Source: Phoronis australis (Eukaryota > Animalia > Phoronida). Taken from it: a stretch of 64,000 bases of DNA. The notes beneath the pieces are model-generated. The model made no database searches, was not told the origin of the DNA, and worked only from the letters and a program-made list of their open reading frames with translations. The stretch is from NCBI GenBank assembly GCA_002633005.1, contig NMRA01000511.1, positions 249,155 through 313,154 on the forward strand, read 5' to 3'. The translations under genes and the position numbers were made by a program. Shown in pieces: positions 28,001-43,000 of this stretch (positions within the stretch are counted from its first letter, which is position 1; each line of letters opens with the position of its first letter).

Positions 28001-31000
28001 GTGGCAGCTCTAGTGTGTAAAGCTCCACCATCTGGAGTCTCTTTTGTAGTCGTTGTCGCTTCCATTTCTCCCTTATTTTCTCTCGTTTGGATAGAATAGG
28101 TGTGAAGCCGTTAGGATCAGTGGACGGAGTAAATATGATCGTGAAGATGTCTAATGACAAGACGAAACGTTGATTTGACATGAACTTTTTTATTTGTGCT
28201 TTGATCGTCCGGTTTTTAATCTTACTGTGGCCAAAAACTGGTTTAATTAAAATTCGCTTCCGTTTGAGTGTTGTAGTACGATCGCCCGAAGCTGAAGACG
28301 CATTTAAGTTCACTTGAGTCTGGTCTGTTGAGCACTGACCATTAGGGGAAGAGAAGAGCTGATTGTATATGTGTATAACGCGTGCTTGGACTTGAGTTCG
28401 TCTCCGCGTTCACCTCATTCATGAGGTGGAACAAAGCCTGGCCCATCAGTGTCCCTGCATCACAAAGGTGTGGGGCCCTGAGCTAGGCTCGACACCTCCC
28501 TTCCTGGATCACTCAACAAAAGGTAACACTTCCAGCGCAAGAGTTAACCAACGCAGACGAGTCATCTTTGGAATGGTATATCTATATCTAACAAAAGACC
28601 ATCGCTATTGTCTAGTACACAACCCGCTACCCTGTGTAGTGCGGGCTCCCCAGAATTCTTAGCCAGGAAATCCCTGTATCATCTTCCTCCAGCCGCGGAT
28701 GGGTTCAGACTCAAGAGCCAGCATGATTTCTGTGTCACCTGGCCCAAAACGGGAGCTAAAGGCACCCGAGGGATGTCAACAGAAGCCTGACCATCAACTA
28801 CAACAATCGTGTATCCAATGCTATATGCAGTTTCCGACAGAAATTCCAAAAGTCTGTACTTTGAAGCGGTCACGACAGCAGGCAATGGCTAGCTACAAAG
28901 ACAAACTCCCCAGGAAGGGAGGAGTGTTTTAGTCTAATCTCTACCGTTCGACCTAACCAGCTCGGATTACTCTAATGGGGAATAAATCTCCCAGCGAATA
29001 GCACCGTTGTGTTAAGAGCTTCGGACCTCACCATTTAGTGTTGGACCTGATTTCCGTGTTCTTGATAACTTTCAATGGAAGTGGTTAATGACTCCGCCAT
29101 TAGTAAGCACTCAGACAAGTTCTGTAAATACACAACAACCTTCCGTTTATTGTTCAAGTGAGCGATGTACAGGACACTCGAAGAATGTCCAAACTTGCCC
29201 CTACAAAATTTGGTACCTCATATCGCAAAAGTGATCGATCGGATTCATATAAGACTTTCAGATACCATGCTTTGAGTACTGTTCTCCAAAACGTTTTCGG
29301 CAAATTTTTGCGAGAGGGTCAAGGATTTGTATTAAATTGAAAATGAAATGATCATTTAAAAAACTGTCACACAATGTTTGGGATTTCATCCTATAAAAAA
29401 CGAAATTTGGTCCAATTATTGATGGTTTTATTTTGTAATGGATTTACTTTTTTTACTAAATTTTGTTAAAATGGCAAGGTTACGTGACCCAGATAGATGT
29501 TATAGCAGATTTGAATAATACTAAACATCAAAATCCACTTTCTGTTTTCAGAAAATGTATGTTTTTTCTAGGTACCCTTGCATTGTTGATGAGGTCCAAC
29601 AAAATCATCAACTCTCAAGACCTTGAAAATGATATTCGCAAAGTCGGAATTAGCATTTTATGAACTGAGCAGCTTTGAGCGTGGGCATCCAAAAGTGAGA
29701 CAGGTAACATTTTCGAGGAAGGTGTTTAGCAAAGCAAGTCTCTCAGTGCGGAGCTTTTCTCTATTTCAGCTTGTTACAATCATGACTGTGAACACTTCTG
29801 TGTAGCGTCCACAGAGGGCTCTTACTCCTGTCTGTGCGCAGATGGATACATACTGGACACGTATAACAAGGTTTGCTTAGGTATGTTTGACGTCTTTATT
29901 GCTGCAGAGTTTGACACTTCGCCATAATTAATAAGTCCCAAAGGTCAAAAACCTTAAGTATATGATTAAACGTCTATTCCACCCACTCAGTCGTGACACT
30001 TTAACCCCTTCATACCAATGCGGTATTAGCTCCTTACATTTGTCCAAACAATGAAATGTATAAGTATTGGTTGGTAACAGCCCCTCATTGAAACAATCTT
30101 CGTTGGAGGAGCGACTGTACTTTTTGTCAGAAAATTTAATGTATACTCGCTTGTACTCTCTATAAAACCTCTTCTCTTCCGGTGTACTAACCTAGAGTAC
30201 AGTGGTGCCATTAACTAAGTTCATAATGAATCAAGACAAAACATACAATACACCATTATGGTCATCAATGTTCAGCAAACTATTACAAAACATTAAGACC
30301 GTGACATGCACTCATTTATCTCGCAATACATGTGTATGTGATTTTAGTAATATGTCAGTTGTCTGAAAAAGAACAGGAACTTAACACAGAACCGATCTTG
30401 AGGCCTTTTAAGAGCTTTATTTTAATAGCATATTGCTAGTCAGTTTTGGCTCTTATCTAAAGTGGCCAGTCTTTCAGTTACAGCTGACTTCTTTGAAGGT
30501 CGTTTTCAGAGACGTCTTCAATTGGTTTGCAGCAAAGCGATACAAATACATGGTCGAAAAATGTCATTATAATTGAGGATGGTTCTAAGGGTATGACGCA
30601 ACATAAAAATGGGAATGATAAAATTCCATTTTATGAACGCTTTGTATATTAAGGTTGTTGAACCGTAACGTTTTGCAGAAGTCACCAAGCCGACCGGCCC
30701 ATATTACGCCATCACCTATGGATCACAAGTGGCCCTGGTTGCCACGACCAACACATTGGACAAGACGTCCATATTAAGCGAGGTATCCCCTGATCCAGAG
30801 AATCAAATGTGGACTCGCGTTGATGTCAACTACTACCAAAGGGCGCTATACCTGGTGAACTCTGCTGCAGACACCATCGACTTGATGAAGGTCAACAATA
30901 TGAATTCCGTCACGAATGTAGTTAAAAATGTGGCTAACGTGACAGGTACGTGGTTCATCTTCATGCAGCTTGCCTGGGGTCTTGTTATAATCCAGGCCTT

Positions 31001-34000
31001 AACACTCTGTCGATAAACAATATGGATAGTCACATAAAGTATGTACATGTGTACATGTATGTTATTAGCACTGTGTAAGCTTGTTGCATGGGACGTTTAT
31101 AAGTAACGTAACATGGTCCGTATTCGGTAGTTTAGAGTATCGAACTGGAAAAACAACTATACGTTACCAATATCTAGTAATCTGAGCTGAAAACTAATTG
31201 GGACTAGTTTCATGATGGTGTGTGACTTGTTTTGAAAAAATGGTTTTGGCTAACAATGAGTTTGGAGTACGTTCAGAAATGAAATGAACGGCTTATATTT
31301 TAGTGCGTAACTATTTTTAAGTAGACAGTATGAACACGCAGTTTGTTCGGTGTAGTCACTGCAAATAGTCAAGTAAATAAATATGTCAGTCTCATCTCAT
31401 TTCAGACCTTTCCGTTGACTGGGTCAGCAACACCCTCTATTGGTTGGATGGGTTTTACGGGCAAGTGTGGATCTCCAAGCTGGACGGCACCTTCCAGACT
31501 TTGTTGACTGACGGCCTGAAAAATCCGACCAGCATAGCGGTGGACCCTATTAACAAGTGGGTGATGTCTTTTGTACGCATGTTTTGTCTCGTTTTTCTTT
31601 CTCCATGTGGCATGAACGGGAGGAACATCTCGGATTTGTGTTTTTCATGGTCAAATTCCTATAAAATGTTACAATTTCCTTTCCAAAGCTGGATTTCGCC
31701 CCTGCTTAGCTGTCAATGCTGAATTCGTCATTGATACGCTTCGGGGTTTAAAAATGATATTCTGATCTATAAATGCGAAATAAAAAAACGAATGGAGTCG
31801 AGTGTTACATATACACTGTACATTTAATTTAATCGATGGATAACTATACACACGTACTACTCCCACTAGATCTGGAGTTTACATGNAACATTATATTTGG
31901 TGATTTTTAAGAGTAATCGTCTCAACAATATTGATTTTTTGTTCTAGAGTGAATGATGCTAATTTTTGATTCGTGTTAAAATTCTGCTTTTTAAAGTTTA
32001 AAAAGTGATACCAAAATTGTTTACGTAACAATGGAATCCAATTGAACATGTTTCTTGCCACTTAGTTGTGTGTTTGACACCTCGTGTGTGTATCGGAAGT
32101 CTCTGTAATAATATCACCAGGTATAAACCGTTGTTGATAGAAGAATAGAATGCTACCTACAAGACAGGAACAGTGGTATTTAAGGAAAGTGATTTGCTGT
32201 AAGAAAAAAAAAACCGTTCTTGTCAAATAATGCCCATGCAGTTGGTGATGGGGAACGCTGTGCACGTTAGCTTGTCAAAAGGTTTTGCTTAGCATGACTT
32301 TTTATCCAAATTACTGTATTATGTCTGTGTTTCCAGCCTTACACAAAACCTAGCTAAATGAAAGTTTTCATTATAATATGTCGTGAGTATTGTCCAGCAG
32401 ACAATGTTTATTTCGATTTAAAACTTTTGCAATTAGTTTAAAGCTCATAAAGAGTCTCATCGAGTACAATCGAAGCTCATTGCCGATCAACGGTGGCCGT
32501 CATGTTGTTGGTGCACCACAGGAAATTCAATTATTATTTAATTCGGGTTTTTCTCTTAACAGTTCCTTACATGTTAAATGAGCATTTTACACAATGAGTT
32601 AAAACTAGATCGGTTTATTGGCGAATGTATGGAGTTTTTTATTGAAAGCAAGCAGATATGTATTGCATACGACCTATTATCTTCTAATGCATTATGGGAA
32701 CCTTTAATGGTTGCCTCATGTTTGCTGTGATTATCGGTGTAGAGTCGTGACTAGCATGTGAAGATGACTGTTTCAGATATCTGTACTATACAGTCAGCGG
32801 TGTCGGCATCGAGCAGTCACACATGGATGGGACCAATTCTGTCACCGTTAACCCTACATCCATCACTTTACGGAGTCTGTCTGTTGACTTCTTGGATCGG
32901 CGGTAAGTTATGGTTTCTTTTTGATAAGGAACGGTCAATATGTGGGATTTGTGACATCTTGACAATATATTGTTGCTTGACTATTGTTGTGGAACTTTGA
33001 GTTTCCAATGAAGTTTGTTATTCTGGAGGGCTCTGTTACGTGTCAGCTAGGGTTACGCTTCACGCAATGAATAAGCTGCACACGCTTTCACCTGCTCATC
33101 TTAAATGTGGTAAACGCAAAGTTGGTAGCTAGGGAGTCTAATTTAAAGTTTTTAAGCACCCTCTAGAGGAAGACCTGGTGCCCTCATGCACACGCTGCAG
33201 TCTTCATGCCATCTTATCACTGCCTAGCTGCTGTGAAAGGATATATTTCTAAGGGAATAGTATAGCTGCATGACTACGGGCGAATATTAATCGCATGTGG
33301 ACTGAGTTGCCTAGATTTCATTGGCTGAGTAAGGCTGCAATTAAAAGGATGGTAAACTCTCTTTTGACGACTTCAACCAATCCTCGTTCTGTTCCACGCT
33401 AATTTATTATGCATCCCTGGCGAAAACCTTGCAAGCTAAAGACAGGTATCAACTAAAGGGTCATACCCCCTAAGTCACAAATTGGATATTGTGGTTCTTG
33501 ATGGATGGTACTTGCCTCTTTAGCACACTTGGAACGGAGTTTTCAAGTTTTCCTCAAAACTTTTGAGGGTTGTCCATACCTGCAGAACATTATTTTTTCA
33601 ATGAACTGGATGGAAAAGTCATTTTAGTATATATTTTAAAATACGTATCTGTTTTAAAAAATCGGGCTTGGTATCCTTGTGATGTAGATTATTTTTAAGA
33701 TATCGGAGCTGAGTTCTCATATAAATATGAATTTTTATAATATCTGGAGTGGGTGTCAACAATTGCGTACATCCAAACTCTGACAGCAATGTTGAGCTAC
33801 AGTGTAACAATGAAGTACATTATTGTTTAATTCTATCTTGGCCGAATTTCTGAAAAACTGTTGAGTGTTTTTCACGGGGAAGCTGAATTCGTGCGCATGT
33901 GTAACAATGAAATTAATTTGTATCACATCCTTCTGATACTGTACTATTTAGTTTGTTTATAATCATATCTTTGCTGAGTTACTGTATAACTGGATGGTAC

Positions 34001-37000
34001 GTTGTTTTGTAGTCTGTACTATGTGTCCGACACGTATATATACTACTCCAAATTGGACACACTCGGTTACCGAAAGCCCTTCAAGATATCTACCTTCAAG
34101 CCGATCGCTGTCACAACATTTCAGGTATTACAAGGGAAAGGTGTTGTCTCAGTTTTATACAGCCGGGAAATCAAAGAGGCATCTTCTTGCAGTGTCTTAC
34201 TTCGTTCTCACTGCGTGAATATGTCACATGATTTCCCAGTTTCACATGAACTGCCCTTAGTTATATGGTTATATGTATGTTATTTATCTTTTCACAAATG
34301 TACTTATGTCTGAACCACAACTGGAATATGGGTATGACTAATGTGATCCTCTATTCACTTGAGCCTGGTCAATTCAAAACAATATTTCATAAAATAGGAA
34401 GATGACAACTGATGAGAGCGAAACGCCAGTTTGTGAATTATTCGCTTTCAATTATTCGACCCCCAAGTGGCAATTTTATTTTTTGCGTCCACAGTTTCAA
34501 ACCAATCTAACTACAGCTGTGCTGTCTAGAGGCAATTCTATTTTTAAGTCTTCCTCTGTAAATTCAGAGTTCATTGATGCTTTTATAAAGACGGCAGCAC
34601 CTGTTTTTTGTGATAGATTTGACGTATTCTTCACAAACTACGTGGCCAAATATTTTTAATATGTTTTTGTCTTCTGGTCCTGTATCTGCCAACCTGCACA
34701 GAGAAGCATAAGGAAATTTGCCAAATGTGTTCCTACTAAACAAGCACGACTGACGTGGGTTTTCAAACCGGTCCAACTGTGACGTTTTCTTCGCATCTGT
34801 GGCTGCAAGAAATTTTAAAATTTTGCAGGTGTATTGCTATATATTCTGATGGACGATTTCGAATAATTTTGTGGTTCCCAATGATAGGCGGTTTTTTATA
34901 TTTGCCTTTGTATCTTTGGAGTTCTTTGGTGGATTATCGTGAAATATGGCGAATTGTTTTGAGAGATAACATCCTCTCATTTCTGGATGTATTCAAGTTT
35001 TTGTGCCATCTAATTGCCGTTATTTAATATACTAATTAACTCCCCTAGGAGCAATACCGCTTGCGGTGCAGCTGTAGGCGCATGTCAACGCTCTGTGTTG
35101 CTCTTGTTATTCAACGTGTTAGTTTGCTCAGTTACATGGCCAAGTTACGAAAACAGCAGTACTTCCTATTGTCGTCACTAACTAATCTTTCAGGATTTCT
35201 CACCCATCATCGCTAAAAGTAGGACACCAGGTGGCGCTGCTGTTCTTGTTAAAGTCGACCTAGAAGGCAAGACGTATATTAGTCAAGTCAGGAGCCCGGT
35301 GAACGTAACCGACGTCTACGATATCGCAACTTACTCGTTGACCAATCAGCCAAGACTTAAAGGTGCATGACTGATTTTCTACAGTACTGGTTCAAATTAA
35401 CAAAACGAAAACACCCACGTTTCGATCCCCTCGTATTTTGAACTTGACTGATGGTTTTTGAAACAAATTTCTACAATAAAGCATTTTAAAAACCGTCTAA
35501 AAGACTTGAACGTCGTATGAGTAGTGAAAACTGTATAGGTGTCTTAAAATTGGTACATGTGTTTCTAATGGGATGAGCATGTCTGACGGTGATTTTGGAT
35601 GGTTTAGACCATTGATGTTCCAACTAGTGGAAGATTTGCTTTTTACATCTGATGCTGTTTCTGTCGATTTCTCCATTGCCTGCATCCCTACCCTCCAATG
35701 TACGTGAATAATCATGGTGAATATTGGAAGATTTGTCATTATAGACGACAGCATTTCTTATTGTTTTGCACCATCTAAAGTGTATTCTAAGTTAGCTATC
35801 ATTGCTCTCTTTAGTGGTGATTTTCAAATTTACAATCATCTCTAACTCTTATCTGCGCTGTATCCGATGCACAATGTCTGTGTTGCTCTTGTTAATCTCA
35901 GCCATGCATTGGAAACAAAAGTCTTAGAACCACCAATCTGGAGTTCAACGGGTCACATGACTGTATACATGCAGCAGCTTTTACGGGCAGTTTGAGATTT
36001 CAACTCTCGTGATTTGCGTTTCTAGGTAATCCGTGTGACAACTCTTACTCGGAGGGCGGTTGTGAGCAGCTCTGTTTTGGAAAGCCTTACAAACAAACTT
36101 TCGTGTGCATGTGTGCGTTTGGCTTGAAACTGGCCAAAGACAACCGCACGTGTGTCCCTGGTGAGTGCTGCATTGCTGCGGCTTGTATATGTATGTCATC
36201 TTAGTGTGGTTCGGAATAGACCAGTTCTCAAACTCCTTCCAAAAGTTCAATTTGTCACAGTATTGTTCGCAAGTTCTGAAGTGTACATCATGACGGCAGC
36301 TGATACCGTGCTAGAGATATTTAATTTTTATTCCCAGATGTTTCACTGACAATTTTGGGAACTCCTGAACTATATCACCACAGGTTAAATCATGTCCTGA
36401 CTCATGCCCAAACTTATCAGGGACCGATCCAGGATTTTTAGTTAGAGGGCTCGAGGGCAGAGTTGTAGCCATGATTTTGCCCGTCAGACAGTTGCAACCC
36501 CGAACTGCAAAATGGAGTCTGGAAGAATTTTAAGGAGGCCATGGCCCCCATTTCCGCCCCCCAAATACGCCACTGATAGTTACCTGACGGTGAATCAAAA
36601 CAGGACGTTAAAGATACCTGTGCTTCGTGTTGGTTTGATAGTTATTGTAAGTTTGGTGAAGTCTTGATGCAGCTATTCTACACATTGGAGGAGTTTTGTA
36701 TGACAGTAGTACGATGGTACTATAGTCCGAACATGCATTAGTTCGAAAATATTTAACATTTCGTACTCGGGGGTATTTTTCATATTCTGCTTGCAATAAT
36801 ACACACCTATTCGGTAGTTAGACGCAGTTTTGCATTCTTTCCTAAATACTGATAAAACAGACTGCCAGGTACTAATGCACTTCACCTGGTTTCCGACGTC
36901 TGCGATATCGGGCTTTAAAATATGCCTTGATGTTTCCCTATACCTGATTGTTCACCAAATCCACGTGACTAAATGGACGCGAAAAAACAATCTCTTTCGA

Positions 37001-40000
37001 AAATATTACAAACTTAACTCTTGCGGCAGTGAAGACGACACTTTGAGATTAAGATATACTAGATACTATGGCTATGAAAGAAAGCAGAGTGAATTAATTT
37101 ATTCTTCATTGCGGATTATGGTTAGATAATCTTATAAAAACTTGATACACGAAAGTGACATTCGGAAGTGAAGTTTGCTATTTACCAAAAATCTCAATTT
37201 AAGGATTTTTTAAGCAGAATCTCATTGTTTTTAACGATTGTTTCACACTGTCTATTTTTTATGGCTGAGTTCGTAGGCCTGGGGAATAGTGAGCCTGCGA
37301 ACGGTACACCTTCGGACTAGTGAACCTGCGGACTAGAGCGCCTTCGAACTAGTGCACGTTCGGTTTAAGCTGCAGCCAAATGTCTGCCCACATAGTGTTG
37401 TGCCAAGCATTCCAAGTACATTTTGGCAAGATTGAATCCTTTATTGGAAAGTGCTGTACAGTTAGTGCATTTTTGTGTTTCTTCGTGTTTGTGAGACATG
37501 TTGTGGCAATGTGTAAATTGAAGGATATACCTTTTCAGCTTATCATTTGGCGGGAGGTAATTCGGTTCAAGTGTCCAGTGAAACGCGAGGAGTGTTCCAG
37601 ATCGGCATTATGGATCAATATAAAGTCTCTGCTTTTAAGGTAACCATTGGGATGCTGCTGTAGATATTAATCAAAGTATTCATCTTTGGTGTCAGTAAAC
37701 GTAACGTGTGACCTACATTGTACTGTAAATGGCACGCCATTACAGACAAAAAGACAGTGACTTTGACAACATCAACAGAGTATTCAGTGTGTGTTGCTTA
37801 CTCTAACTCTCTTGATGACGTCCCCTTCTTTTGTTGACCGAGTGAACATATTATAGGCTTTTAAGTGATATAGGCTGTGCTACACGCAAGGTGACTACAA
37901 TTTAAGAACATTCTCAACATGCTCAAACTGAAATGTTTTAAGAAATGTTGGCATGTTTGCCAGTTAAACTTCAACTATATTCTTTTTCACCAGCGTATTT
38001 CCAGCATTCAAATCAATGAATTGGTTTGGTTAGCATGTCCAAAGGTTTGGAATTATCTTCCAGTTGCTGCTCCACAAATACCCTGCTATATAATTCAAAG
38101 TTAATTACCAGGTATCCATGGTTGGCATGTTGCTTTGGGCAAATATCATTGTGGTAACCAACAAGTACTGGAACAATTTTAAATGAAACCATTGCTAAGC
38201 GGTAAATTGCACTGTGGGTAGTAAGCTATATCAATGGTGCAACGGCCCAGGCATAAGGACTGTGAAGGGCCCTAAATTTATTTGGTAAAACTTCATATCA
38301 TTCAATATCAATATAATTGAATGAAAACTATTTTCGACTGAATATAATAGGACTTCGTTTTCAAAATTAAGTACCCAGACTAAAACGTAACTCTTTCATC
38401 CTCCCTACCTCAATCCATTTCTATTACTGATCCTCAATTTTCACATGTCAATGTCACATTGTTGCTTTGGCATATTGATACCCCAGTTTATAGCTCAATA
38501 TATTAAATAACCGTAAATAACCATCATCACGTGACCTAAAAGGAACTACTTTCTATTTAACAAAATTAATTCATTGTTGAAGTTACAATATATGTTTAAT
38601 TCTTTTAAAACAATCCCTTTCGTGTTTTCATGTTTACACCTGGTTGCTTCTCTGCGTCGTTGTCATAATTCCTACGCGTTTTGGCCAAATGGGAAGAAAT
38701 AAGGAATTGGCGAAGAAATGGGGGTTAGATTTTAAGTATGTGGTCAAGTGAACATACTCGTACGGCACATCAACCTCGTCCTATGGCACACCCATATAAG
38801 AACACGTGTAATGCAACATATATGTATTTATATCATCCCCATGTGCTGTTTCAACGTAAAATAGCTTCGGTATCGCTTCCCAGTGAGCGCATATAAAGTG
38901 ATTAATGTCATTTTCTTGAAATGAAGCACAAGTTGAAACTTAATAATCTAACAATTTTATTGCATCGAAAGTGTGAACTCAACATACTTTTTTAGCATTA
39001 CAACTAAATTAGATTAAGTTTTATTGAGAAATTATTGATGCACAACTGATCCAGGACATGGTCACCATACAACCCGTTTCTTCAGACTAACCCCACCGAA
39101 ATGATGACAAAAACTGTGTACAACGCCAAAGACAACCAAATTTTTTGGATCGATGGGGTGAACGTGAAGCAGTCCGCCTCAAACGATTCGATGAAAGTCA
39201 TCACTGTGAAGTCGGATGCAGGTATATGTTCTTGTGATGCGATCTGCAGTTTGTTTGAAGTGGTGATATTGTTTGTAAGCTGCATGGTTAGAGTAGGAGA
39301 TTTGATAGTTTGTAGTTGCAGCTGGTGTAGTAATAGATATGTTAGTTTTGCTCTGTCTGTTTGTGTTACCTTAATATAATGAGAACAGAAAGTGTACCTG
39401 CATTGGGGGCATTGATGGGATTAGGACACCCAGATCAAGTTTTAACATTTTAGTTTTCACCTACCTCTCACGTCAAACTGTGCAACCTCTAACAGGTAGA
39501 GTGTTTGGTCATTATAAGTACCTCAGTGTCTTATTCCAGTTATTAAAATGATTTACAAGACAGCACAGCCACTTTTTTGATTCTTGCAGGAGCCATGTAC
39601 AGCGACCTTGCTTTTGACCCCGACATCAGGATCCTTTACGTAGTCGACTCAAAGCAGGAACAGGTGTTAGCTTATAGTGTTGACACTAAGCAATGGAAGA
39701 CCGTCTTGGCAAAGCCGAACATTGACAAACCACTGTCGATTGCACTACATTCCGCATCGGGGTAAAGTATTGAAAAAAATATCCTCTGCACTGCTTAGCG
39801 CGTGCTGGTAACTCCATCTGAAGGCAGGATGTAGAATGGGTTTCTTTCTCATTTGGTTGACAACGGATGAATTGTTTGGTATTTACAAGAAAATATTCAA
39901 AGTACACGAAGAGACCTATGTTAATTACCCTAAATAAAATGTTTGAAGGCCTGTCGAGTGGAGCTCAAAGTAACTGTCATTGTCTGCTTACAAAAAGAAA

Positions 40001-43000
40001 ATTGCCTTCCTTAAAAACAACCCAAGGGATCAAGAATTTTTGTATTCCTTGATGGCCATATCAACTGGATATTTTGTGCAAAAATAATTGCTGAACGTTT
40101 GTAGCCGACTTTTTGCTTGGGTATCAATGTAATGTTTAAGGGCGAACGTCACTCGAAAAACAACTTAGTTTGTATCAATTTAGATAACAGCAAGTATAGC
40201 TCTTTTACCTTACACCTGACGGCAGACGGAGGTGTTGAAATTAACCAATGACGTCAGAGGCTCCAATGCAGTCTGTTCAGCAGTTCATTTCAACACGCTT
40301 ACTGTTGTCAGCTTGAATTCATCCGATGATCGTTTTACTCCAATAAAGCATGAAAATTAGATGGAAACCCCTTACAAATACATCGAGTTATTGAACAAAC
40401 GCGTTTTTTTATTTCGTTGTTACGGATTTTTTTGGTATTTGAACCTACCGTAGCCTACGAAGTTCGGTAGGCCAATACCAAGGTCGGTAGCGGGAGTTTG
40501 GGGTCTGTTCGGTGGTAAATTCAAACTATTCGTCCGTGAAATACAAACAGGAGAACATAGCTGTGTGTTGTAAGTTTAGATTTGTGATTTTTGTCACAAA
40601 ACGCTTACTATCCCTGTCAATGGCTCGGAACCCGATCAAGTCTATCGCGGCTGCACTGAAGACATCACGAACATAAACCAGCCAAAGTTTGAAACTAAAT
40701 TTCCAGTCAGTAAAAGATTATACTAGTGAGCCAAAGAAAGAATGTGCGCGTGTTTATTTGGTGAATTAGCTGCGAAATTGCAAATTTAATTTCTAGCTCA
40801 TCGGTGTGAAGACAGGTTACCCTTCCACAGAGCCATCAGGGCAAAAGTTGTACAGTAACGATGATTCGAATAATGCATGTGATTATCTAAATAAAGACTG
40901 CCCTAACATCTGACCACATGATATAAAATCGAGTTATTGTTTCACAGCAGCTTTCTGTCAGCAAATACTGAATTAGAATGCGCTCATACGGCCTTGGTGC
41001 CCCGTCAATTACATGTAGTTTATTGCATCTAAAGCCGGTAACGCAGTTATTCATTGCTGGTTTCTCAGAATATTTGCACTCACGAACACTCCAAGACATT
41101 AAAAATCGTACAATGTTTCTGATGAGTCAGACTTTGCTTTAATTTTATATAAGCATTGGTTATGGTGAGAATAATTCATTTTGAAACAAAACGCACAATC
41201 ATAAACGTTAACGTGGACACTCGCAATCTCGACTTTGACGAGTGCTCATCCGACGAAAACTTCACAGGCCGATCGTTAGGTTTCACAGGCTACTTGTATC
41301 AGATCTAATCGGAATACACTGATCAAGAAATAGAGAGGCCCGTGAAAGTGCACAGACAACGGAACATATGGATAGTTCCGTAAACCGTTTGAATGACTTG
41401 TCATGGTGTCAGAAAGTTAACTCCAAATGAATGGAAACGACTGATGCTTGCGTTTGCTGCCACGAAATTCCGCAAGTGAAACGCCTTTTGGAGAAGCGCA
41501 GATGTGTCTCACGGACCATCCTGATTTTTCCCCACATCTAAACAGAGGTGTGCTTACGACGTTTTTTTAGGGCTGAGAAAAAGAATGGCCGGGTGAAAAC
41601 ATCCTACACCCAGAGGACCGAACAGAAACGCCTCACGAACAAGTCTCTCATTAAACAGGTTATATAAAACGTTATGTTCTCAGGCCTTGAATTACATATA
41701 ATTGTAATTGTTAATGTTTCCATGGCCAACTACAATTCTCTAAACTCAAACACTGTTCAACAACCGATCCGACGAAATGCAGGCCACTAACAGACACGGA
41801 GAAGTTTCACGGCCTCCTACTTGGTATTAATGGGGTACTTTTCATTCTTCACTACCGCAAGCCAATTCCTAAACAATATGGGCTCTCGAGGAAATCGTAA
41901 AAAACGATATACCCTGCTTTCCTTGCCGCATCATAGTTCGCACAAGCGGGAGCGAGACACCACACCATACCGGCACTCTGCACACGAACAACTGACGTAG
42001 TTGCGACGTTTCTCACCTTCCTCACAGTTTAACGCGCCACCTCTCGGCGAGGTGAGATCGACCGTATACTAGATGTAGGTAATGTGGATGTAGACCGATT
42101 AAGACTAATTAAATCGGGTGGCATTAAAACCATAATATGTTCACATATGACTTGAAAAGTCTGTGTATCTGGCATGTTTTATTAAGGTCATCTTAGTAAT
42201 TTTAATTTTACGGTGTAATTACTGAGGAACCAGTCACTGGCATTATTCCTCCTCAGAATGTATTTGTCATTAGATGCCTCCCCTTAACGGAAGTTAACGT
42301 CTTCACACGATCATGCCTTCGTGTACATGTACACCATAAGAGGCTTCACGTTTTTACGATTCTTGTTTTTTCAGAACGATGTACATTGGCCGGTATGGCA
42401 GTATCGTCAAGACAACTATGGATGGAAAAATGCTGTCCAGAGTGGTATACGATGTCCAAGCCCCAGTTGCAATTGCGCTGTACATTGATCACAAGTTTCA
42501 GGGAAGTTACGGACACTACGACCCTAACACTCCGTTAGACTGTGAGTGAAGGCTGGTGCAATACATAGTGTATTGTGGGCGACTTTGAGCTCATGTGGGT
42601 TGTGTCCAAAGGAAACGTACAACTAAATAACGAGAATTTTTGAAAAACAAAAAACGTTTGTCCAAGGCATTGCAATCAAGCGCTCTTTATATGCTTGGGA
42701 TATTGACCTGCAATGTTGCATGTCTGTTGCAGTCACCGGTTCATTACTAATATTAATTTGAATCAAAATGGTTCATTTTTCTCGTTGAAAATTGAGCCTG
42801 ACCTTATAAATTGATGTCCAGTTGTCCAGTGGGCTTTGAGGTGTCTTAGTGGTTTTACCTTTCAAAACTAGGTCAGTTTTAAAAGTTTACGTTATTCTAC
42901 CTTTCAAAAGTGGAGAGTCGATTTCAATGGCAAGAAACGTTGTTACAATTTTGACAAATTGCCATGTCTTCCTTTAGATAACGATACTATTGAAATAGAT

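Noticed and set aside
30001-30215. TTAA-CCCC piggyBac-like start
   Set aside because: No matching GGG-TTAA terminus found.
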